Below, one piece after another: positions 11,358 to 24,273 of a stretch of DNA of 39,092 bases. The DNA is from Octopus bimaculoides (Eukaryota). A program made the position numbers and the translations under genes. A model generated the notes under the pieces. It was not told where the DNA came from, searched no databases, and worked only from the letters and a program-made list of their open reading frames with translations. The stretch spans positions 4,112,187 through 4,151,278 of the forward strand of contig NC_068990.1 of assembly GCF_001194135.2 (NCBI RefSeq), read 5' to 3'. Positions within the stretch are counted from its first letter, which is position 1. The number at the start of each line of letters is the position of its first letter.

Positions 11358-11517
11358 TCATTCTCTGATGGATTTTTTTATTTTTTCCAAAATTCCACGG
11401 AAAAAGTCCTCAATTACTTGTCCAATGCTTTCTGTTCTTTCTTGTAGCCAGTCAGAAAACTGTGTTGCTCTACGAGATAAGCAGCTTCCGGATGTCTTCA
11501 AGACTTTCGACCACATT
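11358..11517 (-). CDS. STC: Stanniocalcin-like gene, terminal coding exon 4 (160 nt including TGA): (K)MWSKVLKTSGSCLSRRATQFSDWLQERTESIGQVIEDFFRGILEKIKKSIRE*
   Basis: Acceptor tttttgattacag|A completes the phase-2 AA to AAA (Lys). The 10th Cys lies 12 residues after the split codon, as for STC1 C170. AATAAA motifs occur on the minus strand about 300 nt downstream (~11042-11058). Confidence 0.85.
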
Positions 11518-12959
11518 CTGTAATCAAAAAGAGAAAAAACACATTTTGAATATAATATCAAAACAAAAGACTGGGAAAATTTGGTATATTTTTAATTCTG
11601 TGTTACATATGTTTCATTACAGAGTCAGAATTACAACTGTATATGCATAGAAAAACATATATAGGGCCTCCTATCTGTAATTCGTCAAAGATTAATAAAT
11701 AAAACAAAATTACACTGGACAAGACTGCAATTTGTAGCATTAAGCATTAATTAGCAGTATATTGAGAGAGAGAAAGAAAACAGAAAGGATGTATATTATA
11801 GCAATTATATTAAAAGAATAAATCGCTAAAACACTCTGTACTGTTATGTACATGCAGTTAGAACCAGTTTTGCCTAGTGTTATGTTGTGAGTTGTGCACA
11901 AGGGTGTAAGAATAGCATTACCCAAATAAATATTTGGATATGGTTATCTAGAATAACCTTTTGCAGAATTAATATGTTCACACAGAATGCACTACCGTAC
12001 TACTCCAAAACGTAGTTATGATATTAAAATAACACAGTAACCAATATGGACGATCAATGCTGTCAACTGTACTGTTGTTAAGTACTGACAGTTCACAGTG
12101 TCTTTATTTTATTGAAATGTGTTGGTCCACTTTCAGTTAAGTGGGGATGGTCAGGATCTTTCCACAACACCTAGGTTTATTAATACCTGAACTAAATACA
12201 TCTCCATATGAACTCATATTTTGGATAAGTTAGTACCAACCTTCACTTTATCCAGGAATGTTGACTCACTCAGAATTGTTACATCCAAGCTATTGATTTT
12301 TATAAAAATACTAAAAGAAAAAAAACTAAGATCTTTGTTACAAGTATGCAAAAAAAAAAAAGCCAAGTGCAGACATGGCTGTATGATAAAAAGTCCATTT
12401 CCCAACCATGTGGTTCCCTGTTCAGTCTCATTGTGTGGCACCTTGGGCAAGTGTCTTCTACAATAGCCTTGAACTGACTGAAACCTTGTGAAAGGATGTA
12501 ACAGACAGAAAGTGAAAGAAGCCGTGTGTGTGTGTGTGTGTGCCTTTGTATTTGACTCCATCACTGCTTGGCAACTGGCGCTGGTTTGTTTACATCCCCA
12601 CGAGTTAGCGATTTAGCAAAAGCGATTGATAGATTAGGTACCAGGTTTTAAAAAAATCTGTGGGGTTGATTTGTTTGGTTAAAACCTTCAAGGCAGTGCT
12701 TTATCATGGACACAGTCTAAGATTGAAACAAATAAAAGCCAGAAGACAAAAGGTGTATATTATAAGCATCTTCTTAGTTCTTTGATTTTAAATTCAAACT
12801 TCTAAACCTAAGATTTGGGTGGAAATGATTATCTTCCTGACAATAATTGGCCACTGGTACACACCACATTTTTTCTTCTTTTTTTTCCCTCACCAATTTA
12901 ACTTAATAAATCTGAATAATTATTTCTTCTAATCAGTAACTTTTTACAATGGTTATTGC

Positions 12960-13255
12960 TGATTGCCAGACCAGGCTGTGCAGTGTTCTTAAGCAAGACA
13001 CTTTATTTCACGTTGCTCCAGTTCATTCAGCTGTAGAAATGAGTTGCGATGTCACTGGTAGCAAGCTGTATCGGCCATTGCCTTTCCCTTGAACATCGGT
13101 GGCGTCAAGAGGGGAGGCTGGTATGTATGGGCAACTGCTGGTCTTCCATAAACAACTTTGTCTGGACTTGTAGCTCAGAGGGTAACTTTCTAGGTGCAAT
13201 CCCATGGTCAGCCATGACTGAAGGGGGTCTTTTTACACACCACAGAAATCAGGTG
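12960..13255 (+). mobile_element. Older SINE with a conserved central domain (GTTCTTAAGCAAGACACTTTATTTCACGTTGCTCCAG); related minus-strand copy at ~14420-14590
   Basis: Reciprocal similarity between the two copies and a V/CORE-like central motif. The exact superfamily was not determined. Confidence 0.6.
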
Positions 13256-14778
13256 ACTGGCCCTATGAATGCTAGGACTCAAGACAATGCTTATTTTTGT
13301 ATTACATTTACCAGAAATATCCATGTCTTTTGCTTCTCAGCCAATGAAGTCTATATGTGGTCACTCTGCTAAAAATAACAATTAAGTCTCCATCAAATCA
13401 CAACTTATCATCTTAAAAAAAAAGTTGAAAGGAAAGCTACATTAAACAGTATTATGCTAAACAAAGAATCAAGAGTTTTAATAACCTAACTAAGTATTGT
13501 GCTCATGATTATAAGGCTATAGGATCAAATCATGGAATGGTTAGCATGTTGCAGCTGTGTGCAAATTATTTCTTCTCATGTTGCCCAGTCTATTTGGCTG
13601 CAAATGAGTACCAAACTAGCACTGGTGCAGCACCTTTTGCCTCCATTTTTCAACTGACTACCTGTGAGTCATAAGACTCGATCAGGGCTTGCCTGGGGCT
13701 ACAAGACAACAACAACAACAGCAACTACATAAACACCAAAAGCAACAACTCCAGCAACATGAAAACTAAAACAGAAGCAATAACAATAACAACCACCACC
13801 ACTACCATCACCACCACCATCATCTACAACAACACATTGTATATGAAAATGTTTGCATACTTAAAAAGAACTTTGCGTGTAAATCTTATTAGAATATATC
13901 AGAAAATATTGCACAACTTATCAAAGTTAATTGACTTTGAAGACATTTATTATCCAGTTTCCAAGTTTTATGGCTAATTTTAACAAAGGTTTTATGTATT
14001 TAAACATTAAAATATGCCAAACATTGAAACAAAAAATATTTGTAGTTGTTGCTGATAAAAACTGATGGATTGTTGTGGGTGGGGAGTTAAATTGCCAGTT
14101 TTAAAGATTAATGAAATACAAAATTCTCTTTAAAATATTGATTTTGTTTTTAATACTGAAGAACCAGAGCACAAAATTAAAAAGCAGAGGCATGTATATA
14201 GTAAACTGAGTCACTGTCTCCTCCCATCTTGCATTGTTTGTGACTAGATAGCAATTATTTCATAAAATGCTGGAGGTGGGGAAATGTGTAGTTAAACCTA
14301 TGTAGGACTTGATCTAGGGATACAGAAAAAAAATAAAGAAAAGATCAAAGGTCCTTCCCAAGCCATAGGTTCATGAAGCCAATTTCCCAGAGTCTGTGGT
14401 GTATATAATGGCTCCCTGATTGGGATGCCAGTCTGCCATAAACTAGTCATTTTTAACTAGCTGAGCAGACTGGAGCATTGTGAAATAAAATGTTTTGCTC
14501 AAGAATACAATGCATTGTCTGGTCCAGGAACTGAAACCACACTCTTATGATCACGAGAGCAACAACCTAACCAATAAGCCATGAGCCTCCACTGGGATAC
14601 AGATAGGGAAGAACTAGAACATGCACACTGGAGCCCTGCGTTTATTTTTTTATTTCCTTTACACATCATCATGCCTTTTTCTTTACTGTTTACAACATTA
14701 TTATTAAATTCTACAAGAGATTAAAAACAAGTTTGGACTGTATTTCTTGACTAAGAAAATACTATACATATAATCTGC

Positions 14779-14816
<38 letters not shown>

Positions 14817-14818
14817 AA

Positions 14819-15082
14819 GATTCCTTGCATGCTAGAAGGAACAGCTAAAGTCCAAACCACTATTAAGGATAAACTTCGAAGGGAATGAAAAATAAGAACA
14901 TTTACCATCTATCTCCTGGACCATGGTTTCAGACTTTTTTTTAGCAAATTTATTTGCTAAAAAAAAGTCTGAAACCATGGTCCAGGAGATAGATGGTAAA
15001 TGTTTTTATTTTTCATTCCCTTTGAAGTTTATCCCTAATAATGGTTTGGATTTTGGCTATTCCTTCTAGCATGCAAGGAATC
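14819..15082. repeat. Near-perfect long palindrome (131-bp arms, 2-nt loop)
   Basis: Position i pairs with 29901-i. There are 7 mismatches, all transitions, and the inner 53 bp are perfect. Confidence 0.95.
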
Positions 15083-15439
15083 CTATGATGGTTACCTCTT
15101 ATGTGTTTAAATGTACACTGTATTTATATGAATAATATATATAATTAAGAGTATCCAGCTGTTGAAACCATGCTTTGGCATGGTTTCTACAATTCTTCGG
15201 CTAATTAGATCCAGTTAGTCCATGCAACCCATGCCAGCAGGAAAGAAAGGCGTTAAATGATTATATATTATCATCATTGTTTAATGTCCGCCTCCTATGG
15301 TGGCATGGGTTGGACAGTTCGACAAGAGCTGGCCAGACAGAAGACTGTGCCAGACTTCTGCATTTGTTTTGGCACAGTTTTTATGGTCGGATGCCTTTCC
15401 TATCACCAACCACCTAGCAGAGTGGTTGGTGTTAAGTTG

Positions 15440-15494
<55 letters not shown>

Positions 15495-15707
15495 TATGCA
15501 TACACATACACTTATATGTGTGTGGTTGTGTTTGCAAGTATGAAATTGCATACTGATTGTAAACAAACATGACTGTCATACAAGTGGTATCATCTGTTTC
15601 CAACATTCCATGGAAACATATTCCAATATTCCATGGAAACATTGTGCTGCTCATGTTTGAAAAAAAAAAAGGAAGAAGAAAGGAAAAAAAAACAGTATTA
15701 ACTTTAA

Positions 15708-16160
15708 TACAAGTAGAAAGATCTGTTTTTTCAATGCGTAAATACTGATAGAACAGCATATATAGGATAAAATCCTTACAGAGCAGAAAAATCTCTCAGC
15801 AACCAGCCACTTGTACTAGAATACATTTCAGCGCTTCAAAAACAAACTTAGATTTGTTTATATATGATGTAATTTCCATTCCATCTAGCATTTCTAGATG
15901 AGTCTATAAATTCTAAATGGCAGAAGAATTTGTCAGTAAAACAGTTTAGCTTAAATGGTAAAGCACTTAGACTGGAAATTGATGGGATGTGAGTTCGTGT
16001 CTCATCGCTGGTGGCCGACAAACTTTTTCTGCTCTAAAATGATTTTATCCCATATATGCTGTTCTATCAGTATTTATGCATTGAAAAAATAGATCTTTCT
16101 ACTTGTACTACAATACATTTCAGCACTTCAAAATCAAACTTTGTTTACATATGACGTAGT
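15708..16160. repeat. Combined inverted (15708-15807 / 16007-16107) and direct (15809-15870 / 16101-16158) repeat with a tRNA-like head at ~15947-16010
   Basis: Direct reading of the sequence. A-box-like TAGCTTAAATGG at 15947 and B-box-like GAGTTCGTGTC at 15991. Confidence 0.75.
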
Positions 16161-16794
16161 ATTAACTTTAATTGGAAATATATAAAAATTGTTAACATGG
16201 AGGGTATCAGGATATAGAGAATCTACCCCCCCCCCCCCCNNNNNNNNNNNNNNNNNNNNNCCACTGAATTTCAGTTGACCCATGCGAGCACAGAAAAGTG
16301 AATATTATGATGATATAAAAGGTATGGTTATGTGGTTAAGAAGTTCCCTTTTGAACCGTAGGGTTTTAATTTTAGTCCCACTGTATTGCACCTTGAGTGA
16401 ATGTTTTTGCATGTCTGTGTGCATGCTTGTTGTGCATGCACATGTGTATGTCTTTGTATTGATACCATTCAGCATAGTGAAAGAGTGTGGCAATAGCTCT
16501 CTGTGGTTCAAGTGAAGCTGAATAAAGCATCATACTTGAATACAAATCAGAATTAGCATCAGGGAAGGAATCCAATCATAAAATCCTGCCTCAACAAGTT
16601 TCATTTAACCCATACCAACATGGAAAAAAAATGGGATGTAAAAATGTTGATGATATATATATATGTATCCATAGCACACGTATATGCAGATGTATCATTA
16701 AAACATGAGGTTAAAGGTCTATAGGTCACATAAACTGATCTATCAATTGATTTAATCATGTCAGAGACAGAAATATTTAAATATAGTGACTTAC

Positions 16795-17021
16795 TTCTGT
16801 GATGCAGCTGATCCTGGCCCCAAATCTGTGGCGTCAAATATATCCCATATTGCATCTCGGTTATCCCAGTTTATGTCACAGAAATTATTTTCTATGAAGC
16901 AGCGATGCATGGCATCGAAGCCTGCATCAGAGATTGACTTACAAGATTGAGATGATGACTGGTACAGTGGGTTCAGCGCTTCACTTTGGCACCTTAAGGT
17001 GGAATTTGCCCAAACTCTTCC
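16795..17021 (-). CDS. STC: Stanniocalcin-like gene, coding exon 3 (227 nt; phase 0 in, phase 2 out): GRVWANSTLRCQSEALNPLYQSSSQSCKSISDAGFDAMHRCFIENNFCDINWDNRDAIWDIFDATDLGPGSAASQ(K)
   Basis: Acceptor tttttcacag|GGA and donor AA|gtaagt. Cys spacing 23,15,13,6 is identical to human STC1 C74-C98-C114-C128-C135 (recalled sequence). GRVWANSTLRC aligns with GKAFVKESLKC. N-glycosylation sequon NST. Confidence 0.9.
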
Positions 17022-17514
17022 CTGTGAAAAATTACAAATGGAAAAAGATATTTTACAGTGGTGGTTACTCAATCATTTTTGATAATGCGCATTCAGTTGT
17101 CTAATCAGCCAAATGACCAACTCATTAAATTACTAAATGGCTGAGTATTTCACAAGCATGTATATTCTTAATAACTGAACTCACTACCTTATGTTGTGAG
17201 CCCAACACTAACCACAGAACCATGCACCTTCACCTTAATACAATTCTCAGACGAAATCAGCTTGGTACAATATGCGATGTTTGAACTGAAAATACAGAGA
17301 ATCAGACCAAATACTGCAAAACATTCTATCTGATACTTTGACTAGCAATTCGTCACTTTCTCTTTTTTTTTGTTTACCTGTTTGCTGCTTGAAAGGTATC
17401 TCGAAGTTATACAATTGAACACTAGTCAGCAGCTGCTCAGCCAATTTTACAACTAACACCTTGACTTGGACTATCAACTATCAATTCCCAAGAGAGAATA
17501 TCTATGCACAATAA

Positions 17515-17857
17515 GTTTGTTGTATCTAGGGAGAGTTATTATGCCAATATAATTGACACACACACTGGTTCAATTCCACTCCTTTATTATGAATCAATTG
17601 GTTGAATATCCAACTAACTAATTTGTTTTGTTTTTGTTTGTCAAAGCTCTTTCATTGCTATACGCCTCTATAATGGACTAAGTCGATAATCATTGAAAAG
17701 GTTGCAAGTAACAACAAAAGACCTTTGACAACAGAAACAAAACAAATTAATTAGTTGGATATTTAGCCAATTGACTATTAATAAAGGAGTGGAATTGAAC
17801 CAGTGTGTGTGTTAATTATACTGGCACAATGACTCTCCCCAGACACAACAAAATTTC
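17515..17857. repeat. Imperfect inverted repeat, ~140-bp arms and ~50-bp spacer
   Basis: cacacacactggttcaattccactcctttatt..ccaactaactaatttgttttg versus the reverse complement at 17740-17815. Confidence 0.85.
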
Positions 17858-18922
17858 TTTCAATATATGATTTCACATAAAGAATCTTGCAAACCAGATA
17901 CAAAAACAATGTACAATAAACCAAGTTTCTATTTAAGGAGAGATCTATTTTCTATACACTCTAGAAACCAGTGATAAATACCAGCTCTGTAGGGATTATT
18001 CTTCTTCAGATCCAGACTGAAGATTTTGCTGTTATATCCTGTCTTAGTCATCACCATCATCATTGTTTAATGTCTGCTCTCCATACTGGCATGGGTTGGA
18101 CGGTTTGACTGAGGACTGGCAAGCCAGGAGGCTGCACCAGGCTCCGATCTGATCTGGCAAGATTTCTACAGCTGGATGCCCTTCCTAATGCCAACCACTC
18201 CGAGAATGTACAGGGTGCTTTTTTATGTGCCACTGGCATGGGAGCCAGTCAGAGACACTGGCATCGACCATGCTCAAATTGTGCTTTTTACGTGCCACCC
18301 ACATAGGAGCCAGTCAAATAGCATAGGCATCAGCCATGCTCGAATGGTGCTTTTTATGTGCCAGTCAGGTGGCACTGGCATCGGCCATGTCTATGATTTC
18401 ACTTGGCTCAACAGGTCTTCCCATGCACAGCATAGTGCCCGACGGTTGAAGGGGTACACTTAAATGGGCCAGTTATGTAACACTGGCATCAGCCACAGCT
18501 ACGATCTCACTTGGCTTGCCTCACAGCACATAGGGGTGCCAATACTAAGTGGATGGAATAAGGGATGTTTGATGGTGCGGGACAGCAGATTCAAAACGAT
18601 GATACAGTAGACAGGAAGATGCACTACTTATTGGTATTCATACTTTATAGAGAATTATTTCTCAACAAACAAATCTTCACTGGAACTTCTATAACAAGGA
18701 TGAGGAAACTGTTTTTCGTTTAAAAATTTTCATTTTATTAAATTAGCAAGACTGATTCAATATATTTCATCTCCTCCATATCAGCAAACTGTTATATTTG
18801 CTAAGTTTTAATAAAGTTTGATAATATATTAGGATTTATAATAAATTTTTAATAAATCTGCAAATGTGTATATTTACAGTCAACATGTATGACAGTAAAA
18901 GGGTAGTGAGGGGCCAGTTAAA

Positions 18923-18961
<39 letters not shown>

Positions 18962-19040
18962 TATAGATACATACATACATACACACACATATATATACAC
19001 GCACACATACATATACACACATCCATACACACACACACAC

Positions 19041-19095
<55 letters not shown>

Positions 19096-20469
19096 CACAC
19101 ACATATATATATATATAATCTTTGCACATCATGTTACATAAATTGGAGGTTCTGGCATTATCATTTGAAGCTTTAATTGGTTGTCACTTAGAAATAATTC
19201 ATTATTTGAGAGCTGAAGCATGCCTTCATTTGTTTCAATTATGAAAAATATTGAAACTATTGAAAATACTAAAGGAGATCAAATGTCTGAGATGAATTAT
19301 TGTTAATATGGTTATAAATACTTGAGACCATTAACCTCATTTTTAGAGATGAGCCATTTTCTGTTATCTTTTTATTTTTTATAATTGTTTTGTTTCGTTT
19401 CAGTCATTGGATTGTGGCCTTGCTGAGCCACTACCTTGACGTGTGTAGTTGAACAAATCAGCCCTAGTACTTATCTTTTAAGTCTGGTACTTATTCTATC
19501 AGTTTTGTTTGATTGAACTGCTAAGTTACAGGGACATAAAGAAACCAAAACTTGTCAAGTGATATTGGAGACAGACAACACAATGATATACAATTGCACA
19601 TATTCGATGGGCTTTTTTCAGTGACCATCAACCAAATCCACACACAAGACTTTGGTTGACTCAGGGCTACAGTAAAAGATACTTGCCCAAGGTGTCATGC
19701 AGTGGGATTGAACCCAGAGCCATGTGGTGAGGAAATAAACTTCTTACAACTATGTTTTCATCAGTCTGACCTTTAATCATCATTAGGTTTCCTTTAATTG
19801 GACATTTTCAGATTCTATTCAAAATAAGTATTTTTAAACTAAAGGCAGTAAATCTATCCATTATCTCATTGATACACGTACATTGTAAGCATCAAGAAAT
19901 AAGATAAAGACTAAACTTCCTGTTTAAAAGTGATCGAAATTAAAACCTCCCATCATATTTTCAGGTATTTGTTCCAAATACAAGATTATGAAATTATGGA
20001 GGAGGGCGGGTGTCAATTACATTGACCCCAGTTACTCAACTGGTAATTATTTCATCAACCCTGAAAGGATGAATGCCAAAGTTGACCTCAGTGGAATTTG
20101 AACCCAGAATGTAAAGCCAGAAGAAATGCTGCAAAGCATTTTGTCTGGCATGCTAAAGATTCTACCAGTTCATTGCCTTAAAATACAAGAATGATAATGA
20201 TGAAGCTATTTCATTAAATTCTTCATTATTTTCAAATTTAATTGAAAAGCAGGCAGTGTATTTCAAAAAATATATCTGTTATTAATAAACAACTAATGTC
20301 TATAAGTTGATTGACTCCTCAACAACAAGAATAAGAACTATATCCACTTTTGTAAACTAAGGAAACCTCCATGCATTCACCTGCCCTCTTGGATATAGCA
20401 GCCAAATTCTTAAATTTCTCTCCCCCCACCAAAAAAATCATCTCAAAACAAAAAAATTATTTAAATAAA

Positions 20470-20619
20470 AGCGTGGCTGTGTGGTAAGAAGCTTGCTTCC
20501 CAACCACATGGTTCCAGGTTCAGTCCCACTGCGTGGCACCTGGGCAAGTGTCTTCTACTATAGCCTCAGGCTAACCAAAGTCGTGTGAGTGGATTTGGTA
20601 GACGGAAACTGAAAGAAGT

Positions 20620-20684
<65 letters not shown>

Positions 20685-20890
20685 TTGTGTGTCTGTGTTT
20701 GTCCCCCTGTCATCGCTTGACAACTGATGTTGGTCCATTTACGTCCCTGTAACTTAGCAATTCGGCAAAAGAGACCGATAGAATAAGTACTAGGCTTACA
20801 AAGAATAAGTCCTGGGGTCGATATGTTCGACTACAGGCAGTGCTCCAGAATGGTCGCAGTCAAATGACTGAAACCAGTAAAAGAAAAAAA
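20470..20890 (+). mobile_element. tRNA-headed SINE, family A, with internal microsatellite; other copies 2732-2847(+), 6372-6787(+), 7690-7830(-), 8373-8818(-), 12373-12745(+), 16322-16400(+), 19385-19750(-), 23160-23460 (fragments), 29385-29775(+)
   Basis: Head GGCTGTGTGGTAAG..GGTTCAGTCCC (A/B-box-like), CORE-like TGGCACCTTGGGCAAGTGTCTT segment, and tail ..GAAACAAGTAAAAGA repeated about 10 times in the window. Confidence 0.85.
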
Positions 20891-21418
20891 GAACAGATTG
20901 ACAAGGTAGTCCTTGATATATAAAACAAATAGGATCATTATGTAGATCAATTTTTAATTAAACTGCTTGACTAAGGCTGACCTATGGCTAAAAGAAAAAA
21001 AAAACAATTTGTTACAAACATGGGAACTTCCACAAGCCACTGTGTGAGCCTTTACATGGTCAAGCATCATACTGGTAATAGTAGTAAAATCTCTTTAAAA
21101 GAAGAACACACTGAACAATGCAATCCTGGATCAAAGCTCCATTAGGGATGACCTTGGGTTAAACAACAATGTGAACTGCTCCTGTAATAATCTTAAATAA
21201 ATGCTGTATATTTGCAGTTTGGTACAAAACAGAGGTGACATGTATGGACTTCAGACTTACTAGTCTCTAGATCTGAGTAAATATGTATATATCTATTGTT
21301 TAATGTGTGTATACAGCATTACATAACATTTTTACACTCTTTTGCAGCATTAAATATTCGAAGTTTTATGATCATGGTGTTTAGTGTCTGCTAGAAAATT
21401 TTAATACCAACACCTTGT

Positions 21419-21450
<32 letters not shown>

Positions 21451-21951
21451 ATACATACACATGTTTACATTGAGACAAACATTGTACACACACAACCACA
21501 TTTATGATATTCCCTCTGTCTCGCTGCCTCTTTCTCATCACACACAGCCAGATAGATATGCAGATTTACAGAGAGGTGAGATTTGGCAGAGTCATTAGAG
21601 TGTTAGATAGAATGCCTTGCAGTACTTGAGTTCAAATCCTGTTGAGGTCAACTTCACTTTTTATCCTTTCAGTTTCAATAAATAACGAATCAATCCAGAA
21701 CTAGGGTCAATTGCTTTCGTTCTCTTTTTCTCTTTTCTCTCTGGAAGAAATTGGCTGAGGTCAGAACTGGAGAAGGATGAGCTCCATCAGGTTTAGATGC
21801 TCATGGCATGCTGTAAGTCAAAATGACAGAGCTACAACCCTTCTCTAACCCCAGATTTAGATGTCATGGCCCCCATCAGGAGTTGAGGTCTGAAGGTAAA
21901 GCAGATACATAAGCATATTTACATACATACACACAAACATATATCTATCTA

Positions 21952-22004
<53 letters not shown>

Positions 22005-24273
22005 TCACATACAGGTATGCACATTTCAATAGATATATGCACCAGAGAGAAAGAAACAAACAGATAGATACATATATACATATTCGCAGATACTGTCTAG
22101 GTCTTACATATATAGTCATACTTACAGAAATACATACAGTTACACACACAGAAATCTATCTATCTATATATATATATATAAACACATATACAGATACAGT
22201 TACATATGTATACATAGGCACACACATAAAAAACACGCAGTTACATACATACAGATATACTTGTTTTCATACACATCTAGATAGTTATAGATTCATTTAT
22301 ATAGACAACTACACACACACATATAAAGTAAACTTCTGGACTAAATGCCTTAGAGACACACATGTATGTCTAATGTTATAAACTGCTGAACAAATGTTAT
22401 GTTTTCATCAAGCAACTTCTTGTGATGTTAGCACACTTAACTGGTACATGCCAAACCAACATAAACTTCACATACATGAATATCTCCCAATTATAGAGCG
22501 AAAGCTTTTAAAAGCAAATTATTTTCCAATATTCTCCATACTTGGAATTCATAGAAATTATTATATACCACTTAGCTATTAAATGATGATGATGATGATG
22601 ATCATCATCATCGTTTAAACATTGCTTTCGCATGAAATCTATTCTACTGTTTACAGAAAATAAATAAATAAAACTAAAATTTAAATGACCTAATTAAAGT
22701 CTATTAATAGGTGCTTAAATAATCCATCTAAAAAAAGCTCCCCCCTCCATCTCCACCATACCCAAATCAAAACAAACATTTAGATCAAATTTGACTAGCC
22801 AGTTTTTTTTTTTTTTAGTCTCTTAAAAATTTGTCTGATTTGAATACTTTCAATTAAGATTTAAATTCATTTTCAGTTTGTGATATTTCTTAATTGTGTC
22901 TTATTGATGTGTGTGTATGTATGTGTGTGTGTGTGCGTGTGCGCATATATATACATATATAACACACACACACATATATATATACAGGCACATATAAACA
23001 CACACTTATATACATCTGTATGCATACATATACATACAAATGTATGTAAAATATCCACACATATACAAATGTATGCATATATATGTAGTGGATGGGGTCA
23101 GCATAAGAATACAGCTAATGGCGCAGTAGTGTAAAAGTGGAAGAATTTGTCTTTTCCCATTCTTTTGGTTTCCTGCATTCCAGTTTCAGTTACTGGACTA
23201 TGGCCATTCTGGGGCACTGTCTTCAATGGTTACTAGCTATATGCATCAACTCCCCTTCTCCAGTAGCCTGTCTGGTACATTTCTTATTCTAGTAAAGAGA
23301 GAAAGAAAGTAAAAAACCCCCAAAAAACTGACTTTGGTGTGAAGGGGTATGGCATGAAACATAATACCCAAGTGTACTTTTGCTTGATGCACTGATTTCT
23401 CAGTGGTTCTGGGTTCAGTCCCACTGTGTGGCAACTTAGGCAACTGTCTTCTATTATATCCCTGTTGCAGCAAAAAAAAAAAAAAAAAACTAAGAAAAAG
23501 GAATATTTTGATACATATACATAAATTGATGAATAATAAAAAGTACATTTCAACAGGATTGAGACATGTTTAATGGCTTGACTGTGTCCAATGTAGATGT
23601 AGTCAAACTTTTTCATTTATTTACTGACAATTCCAATATAAATGTTATGAAACTAGAATATTTCAACCCATATAAATTGTATCTTTTCTTAAATATTTCA
23701 CTCTAAATAATACTGTGTGACTTAATTTTTGCTAATATTAGTTTTAAGCATTCAAACATCATCATCACTATTTTTCTAAATCCTGAAGCATTCTACACAG
23801 AATTTTTGATGTTCCAAAGTCATCTTGGTGTATAAGTCAACTAATATTTTTGGCTTTAAATTTTGATCTGAAAAATTTGAATTGTATGCTGGAAAATAGG
23901 GTACGTAGGGTAAACAGGGTAAAGAATTCACACACAAACACATTTTATTTCATACATACACACACATACATATACACATTGTAACACATGCATATATATA
24001 CAGGAAGACATGCAAGCAAACCAAAGTAGTTTCTACAAGGCTAGTCAACCTGCTGGAAATAATAACCAAATCACTCAAATCAGATACTGCTGTCCTTGAT
24101 ATATGCAAAAAGACTGGATGGTCATGAATGGCTACAACACATTGATATAGCATTACTCTACCAGGGCTGGTCTGGCATTAAACAACAACAATACTAACAA
24201 CATCGACAAAAAGCAGAAAAATGTATCAAAAAGAAAATGAAAAAGGATAGAAAAACATTTGAGTTTTACTGAC

